Made by a program: the position numbers and the translations under genes. 64,000 bases of DNA, taken from Eledone cirrhosa (Eukaryota). Position 1 is the first letter of the stretch; the number at the start of each line of letters is the position of its first letter. The stretch is taken from positions 314,650,001 to 314,714,000 of the forward strand of contig OZ024740.1 of assembly GCA_964016885.1 (NCBI GenBank), written 5' to 3'. Below the pieces are notes generated by a model, which was given only the letters and a program-made list of their open reading frames with translations, was not told the origin of the DNA and did not search any database. Positions 1 through 11,885 of this stretch are shown one piece after another.

Positions 1-104
1 AATCGTCAAAATAAGCCGACCTCCTTCTACTATTGATTTCTTGGTTACATATTCCTTGGCTTATATTTGAGTACATCTGGTATTAGAATTATGTATTATT
101 GTTG

Positions 105-310
105 GTAATATCAGTAGAGCGTCAGACAACATGCTTTGTGACAGTTAGTTACAGCCCTTTATGTTCTGAGACCAAATCCGTTGAGGTTAGCTTTGCCTTT
201 CATCCTTATAGGAGTTGATAAAATAAAGTACCAGTATAGTACTGGGGTTGATTTAATGGATTCCCCTCCCCCCCAAATTGTGTTCTTGTGCTTAAATCAG
301 AAATCATTAT
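105..310 (+). mobile_element. Degenerate tRNA-derived SINE (family A)
   Basis: Decayed B-box region followed by the GCCTTTCATCCTT..GATAAAATAAAGTACCAG core shared with more than 10 copies in the window. Confidence 0.7.
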
Positions 311-443
311 TGTTGTCCATTCAGAGTTGGATGAACATTTCACATAAATTTCATTCTTCTTTCTTACCCCCCCCCCTTCCCTTAAAAATAAAACAAAACA
401 AATATGAAAGACAATCAACAGAAATATATTGTATCTTTAATTG

Positions 444-614
444 TTTATTCCATTGGAATAAGTATAGTAATAGATGAATTTACACAGAATTTCATATATT
501 TTCTGTACTTTATTTCCAACAGATAAAAATATATTTACAAGTCTCATATTTATTCAAGTTTTACAATAAATACAACTCACAAACTGGTCAACAAAAGTAT
601 TGAATAGTTTTATT
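444..614 (-). promoter_or_regulatory. Candidate polyadenylation signals of the fibrinogen-related gene
   Basis: AATAAA on the minus strand at 444-449, 509-514, 549-554 and 609-614, 35-200 nt past the stop at 650; region is AT-rich, so the site used is unknown. Confidence 0.45.
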
Positions 615-649
615 TTATATTTTTTTTCTGATAAACTTTTTAATTTAAA

Positions 650-1281
650 TTATGGTATTAATGGTTTTATTTTCATCTCAGTTTTCTTCAATTGCTCATG
701 TTTCCATTCATTCCATGATATACCTCTATAGCTTACATTAGCCTTCTCATAATAGGGTCCATTGAGAATAGCAAACCAACAGTTAGTAAACCACCATCCA
801 GCCTCCCATTCTTTAGCACAATGATATTGACTCCATTTGTCATTGTCTTTATCTGATGTACTAAATAGTAGTCCATTGTGTTTGCCAAAGCTGTCATTTG
901 CACTGCCTTTGAATTTGCCTATGTGTAGTTTATAACTGTCCCGTTCACCATCTATCTTAAAAGTTTCATAGGTTGCGAAAACACGGTTTCCTTCAAAGTC
1001 CCACAAATCAATACGAAGTTGGTAGTGTGCTTGGTTTGTCAGCAAGAAAATATTGTCATTTCCAAGCCAGAATTCTCGTATCACATCACCAAATCCATCT
1101 TTGTAAGTCTTCCAATCTTGGTTAAATGACAACTTACCATCCAATCGTCTTTGAATGACTAGCCACCCCCCTGGTGGGGTGTCCATGTCACACCATACAG
1201 GGATAGGACAAGAAGAATAAGTTGGTTTTATGTAGTAGACACTGCTATCCGTATGGCCTCGATCAAATACATCTTGGCAAT
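650..1281 (-). CDS. Fibrinogen-related (angiopoietin/FGL2-like) protein, exon 2: fibrinogen C-terminal (FReD) domain
   Basis: Acceptor TTTCAG ending at 1282, phase 1 (G+AT=Asp). Motifs DC..VWCDMD..GGWLVIQRR.DG..F..DW..YK.GFG..EFWLGND, LRIDL.DFEG, FST.DKDND..CA..GWWF..C..LNG; stop TAA at 650-652. Confidence 0.95.
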
Positions 1282-1377
1282 CTGAAATAAAGTATAACAA
1301 AATTGAGTTATTTCTATGTACATTGAAAATAAATAGAGAGCAGTCATATGTTTGGTGACTTCAAGCTATATGTTTAA

Positions 1378-1597
1378 CCCTTTAGCATTTACATTACTCT
1401 ATATTTGTTATTATATTTTCACAGTAAAGATTTACCTCACATAATTATCTCCCATAATATTGAATCTACGAGATTTCGATATTATTTATTTTGAGAACAA
1501 TACCTTAACCTCAGTATGAGCAGCCGGTTATGGCCAGTTTGAACAGAAAGAGGTGAGTGAATTCTGGCTGAATATGGCCGGTTTCAATGGTAGAGGG
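1378..1597. mobile_element. piggyBac-like MITE
   Basis: TTAA|CCCTTTAGCATT left end, decayed right end; same body as 5269-5488 and 42106-42326. Confidence 0.7.
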
Positions 1598-1759
1598 CTA
1601 ATTCAAGTATATATCATTTTACTAAAATTGCCTATAGTCACCATCTTGCTCAAAGTTATATATATGATGTATTTATCATTAATCAGCAGAGATATATTCA
1701 CGTGTTTCCTATTATATCAGATACACTTTTAAAGCAATGTCTGTATTCCTGTTTGTAGT

Positions 1760-1978
1760 TTGAGAAACCTGGATCTGCCACGACTATGCAATCGCACGCG
1801 CTTAACAGTGAGGGAGATGATAAACTATCTCACAGAGGCCACTATACTTGGAGGCAATCATCAAAGGGAAAATACATTTATTCCCAAGATTCCTCTTATC
1901 CCTTCCTCTATTGAGCTGTCAGTTCTTCAGTTCTCTGATAGAGACAGTTTTGCTATGAGAATCAATAAAGCTGTATAA
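1760..1978 (+). mobile_element. Helitron Rep-helicase (PIF1-like) C-terminal fragment
   Basis: LRNLDLPRLCNRTRL..EATILGG..FIPKIPLIP..FAMRINKA resembles the Helitron helicase motif LRNLDPPRLCNGTRL..FIPRIPL..FAMTINKAQ; no surrounding ORF. Confidence 0.85.
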
Positions 1979-2294
1979 GGGAGAGCACATGTGCAATTTG
2001 CCACACAAACGCACACATGAGAGTACTTTGAAGCATTATCATGATTTATAACAAGTGTACAGACCACCATGTTGGGCTCAGTAAAAGTAGAAAATCTATT
2101 TACAATAAAAGCTCTTTTATTGATAGTGATATAAACATAACACACACACATACCCATACACTCATTCACTCACATACACACTTGCACACACTCACTCATA
2201 CACACACTTACACACACACTCCCATACACACACACACTCCCATACACACGCACACACTCACTCACTGACACACATTCTCCATTTCTCATTCACA

Positions 2295-2735
2295 CAATAC
2301 AATGGAGTTTGTGCTACTGTACAGGTCTGAGACTTAGACACTGACCAAGAAACTCACTCAGATTGTGGATGGGTGCTACACGAGAATGCTGAGGATGGCT
2401 CTGAACATTAATCAGTATACACTGAGGATGAAGAACTCAGAGCTGTATGGGAGCCTCCCAAACATCAGCTCGAAAGTAACACTGAGGAGACTGAGGTTAG
2501 CTAGACATGCTCACCTACATACAGAGTTGACACTGCACTCAGTGCTCCTGTGGGAGCCCCTACACGGATACACAAGAAGAGGGAGACCGAAGTTGACATA
2601 TACTGATGCCCTAAGGATAGACACTGGTCTCTGGAGATGCAGGACCTGGCGGCAATGATGAAGGACAGAGACCGCTGGAGAGATCTCGTCCATGGATCTT
2701 GGGAATTTTACCCGCCCTAGATAGATAGATAGATA
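2295..2735 (+). mobile_element. Non-LTR retrotransposon (RTE-like) RT C-terminal remnant
   Basis: VLLY.SET..LTK..DGCYTRMLRMALNI..RRLRLARH..LLWEP..RRGRPKLTY, then a (TAGA)n tail. Confidence 0.75.
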
Positions 2736-3018
2736 TGATGATCATCATCATTTAACCTCCACTTTCCCTGATGACAAGGGCTGGACAGGTCTTCAAATAC
2801 TGAGTCTGTATTACTGACATCCCAGACAAGCCAGGAGTTCACATCTCACTTATGTACGGTTCCACCTTCTACTAAGAGCATTTTATTGAGGCACCAACAC
2901 TAGAGAGGTTGTCATGTCTTTGACACAACTGAAGGGCCTTCCCATGCGTGTGTGGTTATGTGTGTATATATATATATATATACAGACACACACACACACA
3001 TACACATATATATATATA

Positions 3019-3182
3019 TAGAAGTGGTTACACAACAGTTAGTTCACCATACCAAGAACAATTGTTTCACCTTAGCGGATCCTCAGCTCGGAATGTATAT
3101 ATGCACATATGACTATGATGATGATCAGGATGAACTATGTGCATATATACATGGTGAACTAACTGTTGTGTAACCACTTCTA
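3019..3182. repeat. Branched fold-back element embedded in (TA)n
   Basis: Perfect 32-bp inverted repeat 3019-3050/3151-3182 plus perfect 17-bp inner inverted repeat 3093-3109/3136-3152. Confidence 0.9.
3048..3095 (-). ncRNA. Type I hammerhead ribozyme-like motif (minimal, Penelope-type)
   Basis: Minus strand reads CAUUCCGAG-CUGAGGA-U-CC-GCUAA-GG-U-GAAAC-AAUU-GUU-CUUGGUAUG; stem I 8 of 9 pairs, palindromic stem III ACAAUUGU, stem II only 2 bp. Confidence 0.65.
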
Positions 3183-3257
3183 CCTAACTTGTCCCATGGA
3201 CTGAGTGCTCTACCACTACGGATATTACCTTCCAGTGTTCCACCACTATATATATAT

Positions 3258-3374
3258 ATAGGAACGAGTAGGACCCCGACGGCTGAGCTCAAGCCATTTC
3301 GACGGCTAATTCTGGACCAGAATTAGCTGTCGAAAAGGCTTGAGCTCAGCCGTCGGGGTCCTACTCGTTCCTAT
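3258..3374. repeat. 117-bp near-perfect GC-rich palindrome
   Basis: Arms of ~57 nt centred on 3316 with 2 mismatches; starts directly after a (TA)n tract. Confidence 0.92.
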
Positions 3375-3449
3375 TACCCACTCTACTACCCTAAGTATTG
3401 AGTACTTTGGTGCGTTATGGTCCACCTGGTTCCTTACCACATTTCCTTC

Positions 3450-3450
<1 letters not shown>

Positions 3451-3518
<68 letters not shown>

Positions 3519-3522
3519 ATGT
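3451..3522. repeat. (TA)n(TG)n microsatellite
   Basis: Read directly from sequence. Confidence 0.95.
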
Positions 3523-4080
3523 GTATCATCATCATATTCATCAAACATCTGCTTTCCTTGTTAGCAAGGGTTGGACTGGTTTACATTGACCATGTTAGTA
3601 CTGATACTTTGCTACTGACCTCTCAGACATGCTGAGAGGTCTGTATCCTGCTTATGTGAGAGATATACATACATTATATATACATATATATGTATGTATG
3701 AAGAGGTAACTAGCCAAAACTGCCCGAGCCCATGGTTGATCCTTCACTCTTACTAATATATATATTTAAATATATATATATATACACATGTATGCAAAAA
3801 GCAAACAACACTGTACAATGAAGAAATATATTATTAGTTTTACGCTTGATATAATAGGAAAAGAGTCTTAACATATATATATATATATCATTTTTATGTT
3901 TACTTACTCCATGCTTGAATGGGTTGAGATGAAACTTTTTGAGGCAGGTGTTCTTCCTGACACCAACCCATACCTTATTATATAAGCATGCTGTATATGA
4001 CTGCTATACTGCAGAGTGTATTGTAAATGGTGTGGGTTTCACTTTTTTTTATCTTCTACAGTTTCATTTTATTATTAACA

Positions 4081-4254
4081 ATCGGTAGAGTGTCGGACGC
4101 CATACTTTCAAGCATAGTTACGTCCCTTTTACGGTCTGAGTTCAAATCCCGCCGAGGTTAACTTTGCCTTTCATCCTTATACGATCGATAAACTAAAGTA
4201 CCAGTAATGAAATGGGTAATTGCTGGCCTTGTGCCAAAAGTAGAAACAATTATT
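4081..4254 (+). mobile_element. tRNA-derived SINE family A (5'-truncated)
   Basis: B box GAGTTCAAATCC, GCCTTTCATCCTT core, tail GGCCTTGTGCCAAAAGTAGAAACAATT. Confidence 0.85.
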
Positions 4255-4647
4255 AACAAGAAGCAATTCCCTTCAGTCAAATCAACAACCTGATAACCAC
4301 CCTAATTAAATGTCAATAAAAATGTACCCAATACACTCTGTAAAGTTGTTAGGAAAAGCTTCCAGCTATAGAAACCAAGTCAAACAAAAGCTTTAGAGGA
4401 TTTTTCAGTTGTATGAATGGCATAACAACCTCCCTACTACTGGTATCTCGATAAAATGCTCCTAGTACACTCTGTAAAGTGGTTGACATTAACAAGCACA
4501 GCCAGCTGTGGAAACCGTGTCAAAACTGGAGTGTATGTAAGTGAGACATGGCTCCTGGTCTGTGTAGAAGAATAGTAGCTTTGATTTGTACTGATTTGGT
4601 CTGTAACAACCATATCTAGCATGGGAAAACATGTAAAATTACTGATT

Positions 4648-4681
<34 letters not shown>

Positions 4682-4734
4682 CATATAATACACACAAGTA
4701 TGTATATATACGTGTATGTATGCTTGCATATATA

Positions 4735-5070
4735 TCGCAGGTGACACAACAAAAAGTGCCTAGTCCACCCTGTAAGATGGTCATGCTGGTGACACAGCAA
4801 AAAGCATCCAGTCCACCCTATAAGGTGGTCGTCCTGGTGACATGACAAAAAGCACCCAGTTCCCCCTGTTAAGTGGTAATTTTGGTGCCACGATAAAAAA
4901 AGCACCCAGTTCACACTGTAATATGGCTGGCATTAGGAAGTCCACCCAGCTGTATACACTAAGCCAAAATACAGATACTTAGGAGCATGATGTGGTCTCC
5001 AAACTTGACTTGTCTCATAATATGACAACCTGTATAACCCATGAAAGTATGGAAAATGACCGTTAAATGT
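4735..5070 (+). mobile_element. RTE LINE 3'-UTR-derived copy with about four ~43-nt tandem units
   Basis: Repeated AAAAAGCACCCAGTCCAC..CTGTAA..TGG units followed by TTAGGAAG..CCAGCTGTA and a CCATG..ATGGAAAA..GTTAAA terminus, as in the LINE 3' UTR at 14134-14437. Confidence 0.7.
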
Positions 5071-5268
5071 TTGATTTGAGCAAAACACTTTATATCGTGT
5101 TGCTCCAATACACTCAGTTGAGGTGAATACTAGCAATAGCTCAGGAGTTGAACCTGCAATAGTCTGGTGTTCTGTCCAGAGAGAGACTTGTATTCTCAGT
5201 CACTTAATGCCAAGGAAACCGGGGATAAGCACTGACCTGATGAGCCTTCGGCTTAGAACAGACTTTAA

Positions 5269-5488
5269 CCCTTTAGCATTTACATTACTCTATATATATT
5301 ATTATATTTTCATGGTAAAGGCTTTACCTCGCATAATTATCTCACATAATATCGAATCTATGAGATTTTGAAAGTATTTATTTTGAGAACAATACCTTAA
5401 CATCAGTTTGAGCGACCGGTAACAGCCAGTTTCAACAGAAAGAGGTAGAGAATTCTGGTCGGTTTTGGCCGGTTTGAACATTAAAAGG
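5269..5488. mobile_element. piggyBac-like MITE
   Basis: TTAA at both ends; CCCTTTAGCATT terminus; same body as the 1378 and 42106 copies. Confidence 0.75.
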
Positions 5489-5634
5489 TTAACTTAACTT
5501 ATTGCAACTATAGCTTTGATGTAAAACTTAAGTACTGACTTGGTCTATGTAGATCTGTCCAACTGTTGCTAGCAGGGAAAGTGGACGTTAAATGATGAAA
5601 ATGATGATATACACACATACACACATATATACTT

Positions 5635-5860
5635 CAGACCTGCCAACTTCTAAAAACACAAACGGGGAGTACCATGATAAAAAGTGCCCCAAAACGGGGA
5701 GTACCATGATAAAAAGTGCCCCAAAACGGAGAAATGAGGCAAAATGGGGAGATTTTACATAATGAAAGCCACACCTATTTTCACAAGAGAATACATCTCT
5801 CACACACACCACAGTGGGTGGGAAGATCTCCCCGTTGGATGGAGAGAGTTGACAGGTCTG
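5635..5860. mobile_element. MITE with 13-bp terminal inverted repeats (possibly hAT-like)
   Basis: CAGACCTGCCAAC ... GTTGACAGGTCTG; internal 32-bp tandem duplication; no clean 8-bp target site duplication seen. Confidence 0.6.
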
Positions 5861-7029
5861 GTACTTTGTAAATAAAAGAAGAAATTCACCAAAATTACTA
5901 AGAGTAACTGAAACCTATATTTGAAATATTAATTTAGTTTCAGCTGAATGTTTGACTATAAAACCAAATTCACCTTCTGTTTTTTGAAGAACTCTCACCA
6001 CCATCTGTAATTTAAGAGATTTTTGACATACTGGCATGGTACCACAGTATATGTATTGCACATGTTTGCAGAATATTGAATTGCTTGTATCTTACTTAGC
6101 GTTTTTCATTAGTTATTCTTAAATTTAATTTACATTTTTAACGGGGAAAACATGGAAAAACAGGCATATAATGATGATGATGTTGGTGATGAAAAGAGTA
6201 TAGCATATATTTATTTCTTCTTTCTCTAAATGTGTGTGAGAGAGATAGAGATGGAGATAGAAAGTGCAAAGTATAATTCTTTCACAGAGGGCCACTGTGA
6301 TAAACTAACTGCATAACACGAAGAACAAAAGGAACATAACTATACTACTACTACTACTACTACTACCAATACCACTACCATTATCACCAGCAGTAACAGC
6401 AGCAGCAGCACCGCCACCACAACAACAACAACCACAATCACACAGAAAACATGATGATATTTTAGCTTAGTCAGCATTATAGTGGGAAGTGTACAGTTAT
6501 GTGGTTGTTGTATACTGAATGTTGGAATTCTTCTCTTCCCATTATTCTTCTTCACAATCTTTTTTTTACTTGTTTTATATATTGTCTCACTTTATTTTTG
6601 ACAACAAGCAACTCCCTTAATATTTTATATTAAGAAACAGTAATTGTGTATATAGAATGTATGTATGTGGATGTATGTATGTGTATATATGTATGTAAAC
6701 GTGTGTGTGTGTATATATGTACATATGTGCGTGTATATGCGTGTGTATGTATATGTGTGTATATGTTTGTATGTATGTGCACATATGCATATGTATTATG
6801 TATGTGTATGTGTACGTATGTGTGCATGTATGGGTCTAAAATGTATGTATCTATCTATATGTGTTTGTATGGATAGATGGTTTACAAGTTGAAGTAAATT
6901 AACCATTCTTATGTTAATGTAATGTATTTCTTATTATTTGTTAGTAACCAGTTTACTTATGTTGCTAAAAATTATATTTATGTTAATTATATTCTTAATA
7001 AGAATTTAGTTTAAACATAGATATAATAA

Positions 7030-7230
7030 TAATTGTTTCTACTTTTGGCATGAGGGGAGTGGAAAGTCGATTAAATTGACTCCAGTGCATTACTGGTGTT
7101 TTATTTAATCGACCCCGTAAGGATCAAAGGCAAAGCTAACTTCTTTGAAATTAGAACGTAAAGGGACGTAACTCTGTGTCACGAAGCATGGTGTCCCACG
7201 CTTTACCGAACCTGCCAATCCACCACCCTA
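7030..7230 (-). mobile_element. tRNA-derived SINE family A (diverged)
   Basis: Reverse complement of family A head, core and tail. Confidence 0.75.
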
Positions 7231-7515
7231 ATTATAATAATAATAATGAAAATTATTGTGTACAGTGCTCAGGTGCACTACAATTCATCAATGGTGCAAG
7301 TATAGTACATAGAATAATGTACAAATGTCAGTTGAAGGATTTTAACCTGTGCCTGCCTTTCCTTTGATCGTAAAATATTAATTTTCTTTCTAAGTTATGG
7401 CAAAATACCAGTATAGATTTGTATAAAAGACGTTAAAATTTGATGAAATAATTATTTTCTTTAAACATGGTTTAATCTGTTTTACACACACAGACGCACA
7501 CAAAGATTTAAAGTA

Positions 7516-7686
7516 TTAGAAATACAAATATAACTAGGAAATAAGTTTAACTATTTGGAAACCCGACAATGCATGTGAGGTATAAGTGCAAAGGTAAATT
7601 CTTATTACTTTGGCACTTATATCTCACATACATTGTTGAGTTTCCAAATAACTAAACTTATTTCCAAGTTGTATTTGTATTTCTAA
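7516..7686. repeat. ~170-bp imperfect fold-back
   Basis: Arms of ~82 nt (TTAGAAATACAAAT... / ...ATTTGTATTTCTAA) with ~10 mismatches, mostly transitions, and a 7-nt spacer. Confidence 0.88.
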
Positions 7687-7834
7687 TTCCACAATGCTTT
7701 AAGCAAACTACAACACTTTCTTTTTATTGTTTTAATCTTGGGTAATGACCGAAAGAATAAGATCGCCAATGCTACTGGCTGAAATAGGGTTCCTCTAAAA
7801 GGTCTTTCTAGTAATGTTACTCAATAGAGTGTGT

Positions 7835-8155
7835 AGGTTGGAGATCAGAGAGTCGCTCCAGGTAGAGCCATGATTTCTCCGAATTGAAAGCTCACAGCTC
7901 TGATATTACGGACATGTGATTAGAATATCTAAGGAAAGAATTGCTGCACAGATTTTACAGGCAAAACCAGCTGGCAGGAAACCCAGAGGTAGATCCTGAA
8001 CAAGATGGTTGGATAACATCCATGAGCTTGGCTGGTCTCACTTGGGGATCTAGCCAGATCAGTTGGAGATGGCTGCTTCAGTCAGGATCCACTGGAAGGC
8101 ATACTTGAGGACTCTGCCCCATAACCCTCTCAGGAATAAGTAGGCAAAGAAGAAT
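7835..8155 (+). mobile_element. RTE-type LINE 3' end (family C, GAA-tailed)
   Basis: RIESSQL*YYGHVIR..ERIAAQILQAKPAGRKPRGR..RWLDNI; related copies at 10045-10120, 43495-43740, 50100-50310, 57455-57715 and 62035-62210. Confidence 0.75.
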
Positions 8156-8897
8156 TTCACAAAACTAATTCACATGCTTAGAATAAGATCTAATCTATGT
8201 ATGCAAGGGGAACAACTATATTCATGTTTTGGCTTTATTGGATCTCCTCAGTAAAGCCTAGTCTACTCAAGTCTGTTTTGATCATTTAACAGAAGTTTCT
8301 ATACATACAGTAAAAGAGTTGACAAAAATTTTTGGTTTGTATAATTTGCAAAATAAAAAAATCAAAAATCAAATTAACTAATTAAAATAACTGATGTGGG
8401 CCATTGGTATAAATTTTGACAAAATAAGTTAAGTGGTGATGTACTGAATGACTTACACAAAAATAACTTCCCAGTTAATTGAAATTTCCCTCTTAGTTAG
8501 AAAAACTTAGTAATTGCTAGTGATTCTCAAAGATAAGGAAAGAAAATTTCAAGGCATTTAAACATTTAATAGCTTGGAAAAACGGATGTTAAATAATGAT
8601 TATGATGATGGTGATGCTGATGAAGATGAATGCAGTAGTGCATTGTAAGTTCTCAGTGAACCAACTTTATTTCTCAGTTTTACTTTGTAGGATGGAACTA
8701 TTTCATTTTACATGCATGACTTATTAATCTTTTAAATCAGGAAAACACATTTTATGATTTATGCCTAAGTAAGAGTTTAACAGTTTTCTTGCTTACTGCA
8801 TTGATGGGTGTTGTGGTGTAGTCTCAAAGAGATTTATGTTGGCACTACATCAGGCTGTTGTTAACATAACAGCATCACATATCTATTTTTTTGATCT

Positions 8898-9130
8898 ATC
8901 ATCATCATTACCGGTTAACGTCCATTTTTCCATGCTAGCATGGGTTAGACGAGTTGTCCTGTTGTAAACAATGCCAGGTCAGGTGAACATGTCTTGCTCA
9001 TAAAGAATTGATTTTGGCTTAGTTTCTACAGCTGGATACCCTTCCTAACACCAACCTCATTTACAGTGAGTACTGGGTGCTTTTTGTCGTAATACCTACA
9101 TGACCACTTTACAGTGTGGACTGGGTGATT
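8898..9130 (-). mobile_element. 5'-truncated RTE 3'-UTR copy
   Basis: (CAT)n tail, CCATGCTAGCATGG hairpin and CTACAGCTGGAT.CCCTTCCTAAC block; similar copies near 10118-10335, 17930-18090, 19875-20135, 26466-26715, 32248-32403 and 44733-44970. Confidence 0.75.
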
Positions 9131-9139
9131 ATGCTAGAC

Positions 9140-9990
9140 CTTTATCTGAAGATGGAATAAGAGAGAGGAAAAAATGTTAAGAGCAGAGAAGAGGGAAAAG
9201 GAAGATAGACAAGAGTAAAAAAGAAATGAAAATGAGGAGAAGAGTAGGAGTTGCTGGTTGTGAGTGCTGCTTGGATCAAGGTGGGTTGGTATCTGCTCTG
9301 GATGAAGAGAGAGGCCATGTGTTGAGACTGTGTCTCAAAATCATGGTCATGGCTGCAGAAATGGCTGAGATGGAAGAATTAGAAGTAGGGTACAGAATGT
9401 TTTGTGTGGGTTGAGTGGGAGGAGGTGAAGTGAAGATGGGAGTGGGAGTCAGTAGGTTTTATAAGATGGAGGTCATTGATAGGGAGATACCTAGAAACTG
9501 GACAGAAGAGTCAGAGACAGAGGAGGTGAAAGTAAGAGTGGAATTAAAAGATTGGATAAAGGAGAGCAAAGAGTCAAGCTGTTCATGAAAAAAGAAAGAG
9601 GTAGTGCTGAGAGATGTCAATATTATGACTGTATAACTCTAGGGTAGGTCCAGTGTTTTGGGAAAGAGTGAGGAGGGGTGGGTGTAAGGAGAGGGTAGGG
9701 AAACAGTAGGAGGAGGGTGTAAAATGCAAGAAGGTACAGGAAGTAGCAGAGAGAAGAGGGGCCAAAGAAGGGAAGAGTGAAGAAGGGTGAGAAGTAGAAG
9801 ACTGGAGGCAGGAACAGAAGGGAAAGAGAACAACTAGAAGAAAGAGTTGAGTGAGAGGAAAAGAAGTGATCAGTCGTGGGATAATGATGTAATGTAAAAA
9901 GCAGTGAAGAAAGTCTTGAAATTCGAGGAAAAATCTGGGTAGAAATTCAGGCAGAATCCAGTTAAGGGTCACGTGGGAAAATCCAGAGTA
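9140..9990 (-). mobile_element. Highly decayed LINE remnant (CR1/L2/Jockey-like)
   Basis: Pyrimidine-rich minus strand with interrupted peptides typical of old LINE ORF2; no intact motif. Confidence 0.35.
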
Positions 9991-11684
9991 GAGATCTAAT
10001 TAATTAAGCATGTCCATATAAGCATTGATACATATATATATATATATGCAGATCCAGCCAGATCAATTGGAGACAGTTGCTTTTGACAGGGCCCGCTGGA
10101 AGGAGTGTTTGAGGACTCATTATCATCATTGTTTAACGTTCAATTTCCACACTAGCATGGGTAGGACGGGCTGTCCCTTTGTGTGAGATCAGGTCAGAGG
10201 ACTGTTTCACTCACACAGAGCTGATTTTGGCTTGGTTTCTACAGCTGGTTGCCCTTCCTAATGCCAACCACATTTACCGTGTGTGCTGGATGCTTTTTAT
10301 CATGACACCTACACAACCACTTTACAGTGTGTGTATGTTTATTTGTACAAAGCTGTTAGAGTGTGAAGGATGTGGTGTATGTTGTACATTGACTTTCTTT
10401 GAAGGGTTATTGTAGCTGTGTGCATATGTGTGTGTGCACATGTGCAGATGTGAGCTGAACAGCATAGGAAGTTGACAGCTGTAGGATGAGACTGATAGGC
10501 TAGGTGTGTGTGCATATATGCACACATACACTCACAAGCTTGTTCAACACTATTTGCATGCACATACACACATACACACACACATGTAGCTTGTTCAACA
10601 CTATATGCATGCACATACACACATACACACATGAAGCGGTACTCCTCATGTGATATGGAGGGTGAGTGACATTGACACAACCATGCAAGTCATGGGTATG
10701 ATCTTGAGAGAATGAGGCTGAAGGTGAGATACTGCAAGGTAACATGTATGAAACGACAACAATACAGCCACTAACAGACACTCTCTAAAGTATGAAGGCC
10801 AATACAGATGTCAAGGAATGGAACCCTGATATAAAGGGAGTTGGAATAAATACTGCAATGCATTTTAATCTGATGTTGTTACAGTTCCAGTACTACACAG
10901 ACACACAGCATGGGTTCCACCATTTAGCTAATCTAAGGAACTCTTTTTCATTGGCCATATGTTAGCCATATTTATGTTTATGGGTTATCTTGCTTTATTG
11001 GCAGTTTCCAAGCCATATTCTACTCGTTTAGTAACAGCTTGGGACTATACAACCAATTTTAATTTTTGATTACATAACTTCATGGGATTTTCCTATACAA
11101 GCTCCCTACAAAATGTTAACTCTATTTTGTTGTTGACCTATTTCCTGTATTTCATATGACAACTAGATGCCATACATCAACACTATGCTGTCTATTCCCA
11201 CTTGTTTTACCATTTACTTCAAACATTTCTTTTGTTTATGCAACTGGACATAATCTGAAAACTCAAAAATATCTTCTTTTTTACAATAGTGTGTTAAAGA
11301 GATTAAAACATTTAGTATCGTTTTTTTTTTTACTGATATGGTGTAGCCAAATGTTTCTAGTGTTACTCCATAGTCTAATTGTTCTACTCTTGCTACAAGT
11401 ATTGTTTAAGCTGTTATATTCATTCTTGCAAAAATTGTTATTTGTTAAACCATCGAATACTTTTTAGAATGGATGCAAAATTTGTACATTTGCAAGTTGA
11501 AGTGAATTCAACATTCTTATATCACCTTTGAGAATGTACCCCAGCATTGTTAGAATTACAAGTATTTGAAAACAACCAAAGAATATTTCAAGCTTGGAAT
11601 ATTTATCTAATTCTTGACCAATGCTACAATATTTCTGGTTAAGCAAGATATTAGAACAGATTAGTTCAACTCTGTCACTATTTT

Positions 11685-11885
11685 TAGAAATACCAGTAGA
11701 AGGAAGATGCAGTAGAGGAAGACCACGAAAAACATGGGCGGAGGTGGTGAGAGCAGACCTCAGATCGCTGAAGCTCACGGAGGAGATGACGAAGGACCGT
11801 GACAAGTGGAGAGATGCTGTGCTGAATAGGACCCGTCTCACCCTTGCAAGCAGGGAAAAGTGGACGTAAAATGATGATGATGATG
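11685..11885 (+). mobile_element. RTE LINE extreme 3' end (family B)
   Basis: VEGRCSRGRPRKTWAEVVRADL..DRDKWR..RTRLTLASREKWT*, CCCTTGCAAGCAGGG stem-loop and (TGA)n tail. Confidence 0.85.

Noticed and set aside
4735-4925. Regularly spaced ~43-nt repeats superficially like a CRISPR array
   Set aside because: Units are degenerate tandem copies without unique spacers, match the RTE 3' UTR, and sit in eukaryotic DNA with no cas genes
5215-5265. GAAAC...CTGATGAGCCTTCGGCTT as a hammerhead
   Set aside because: No GAAA after stem II; the sequence belongs to the SINE tail also seen near 19180-19228
8691-8735. TTGTAG|DGTISFY resembling TMX3 KDETYFVY
   Set aside because: Reaches an in-frame stop with no GT donor
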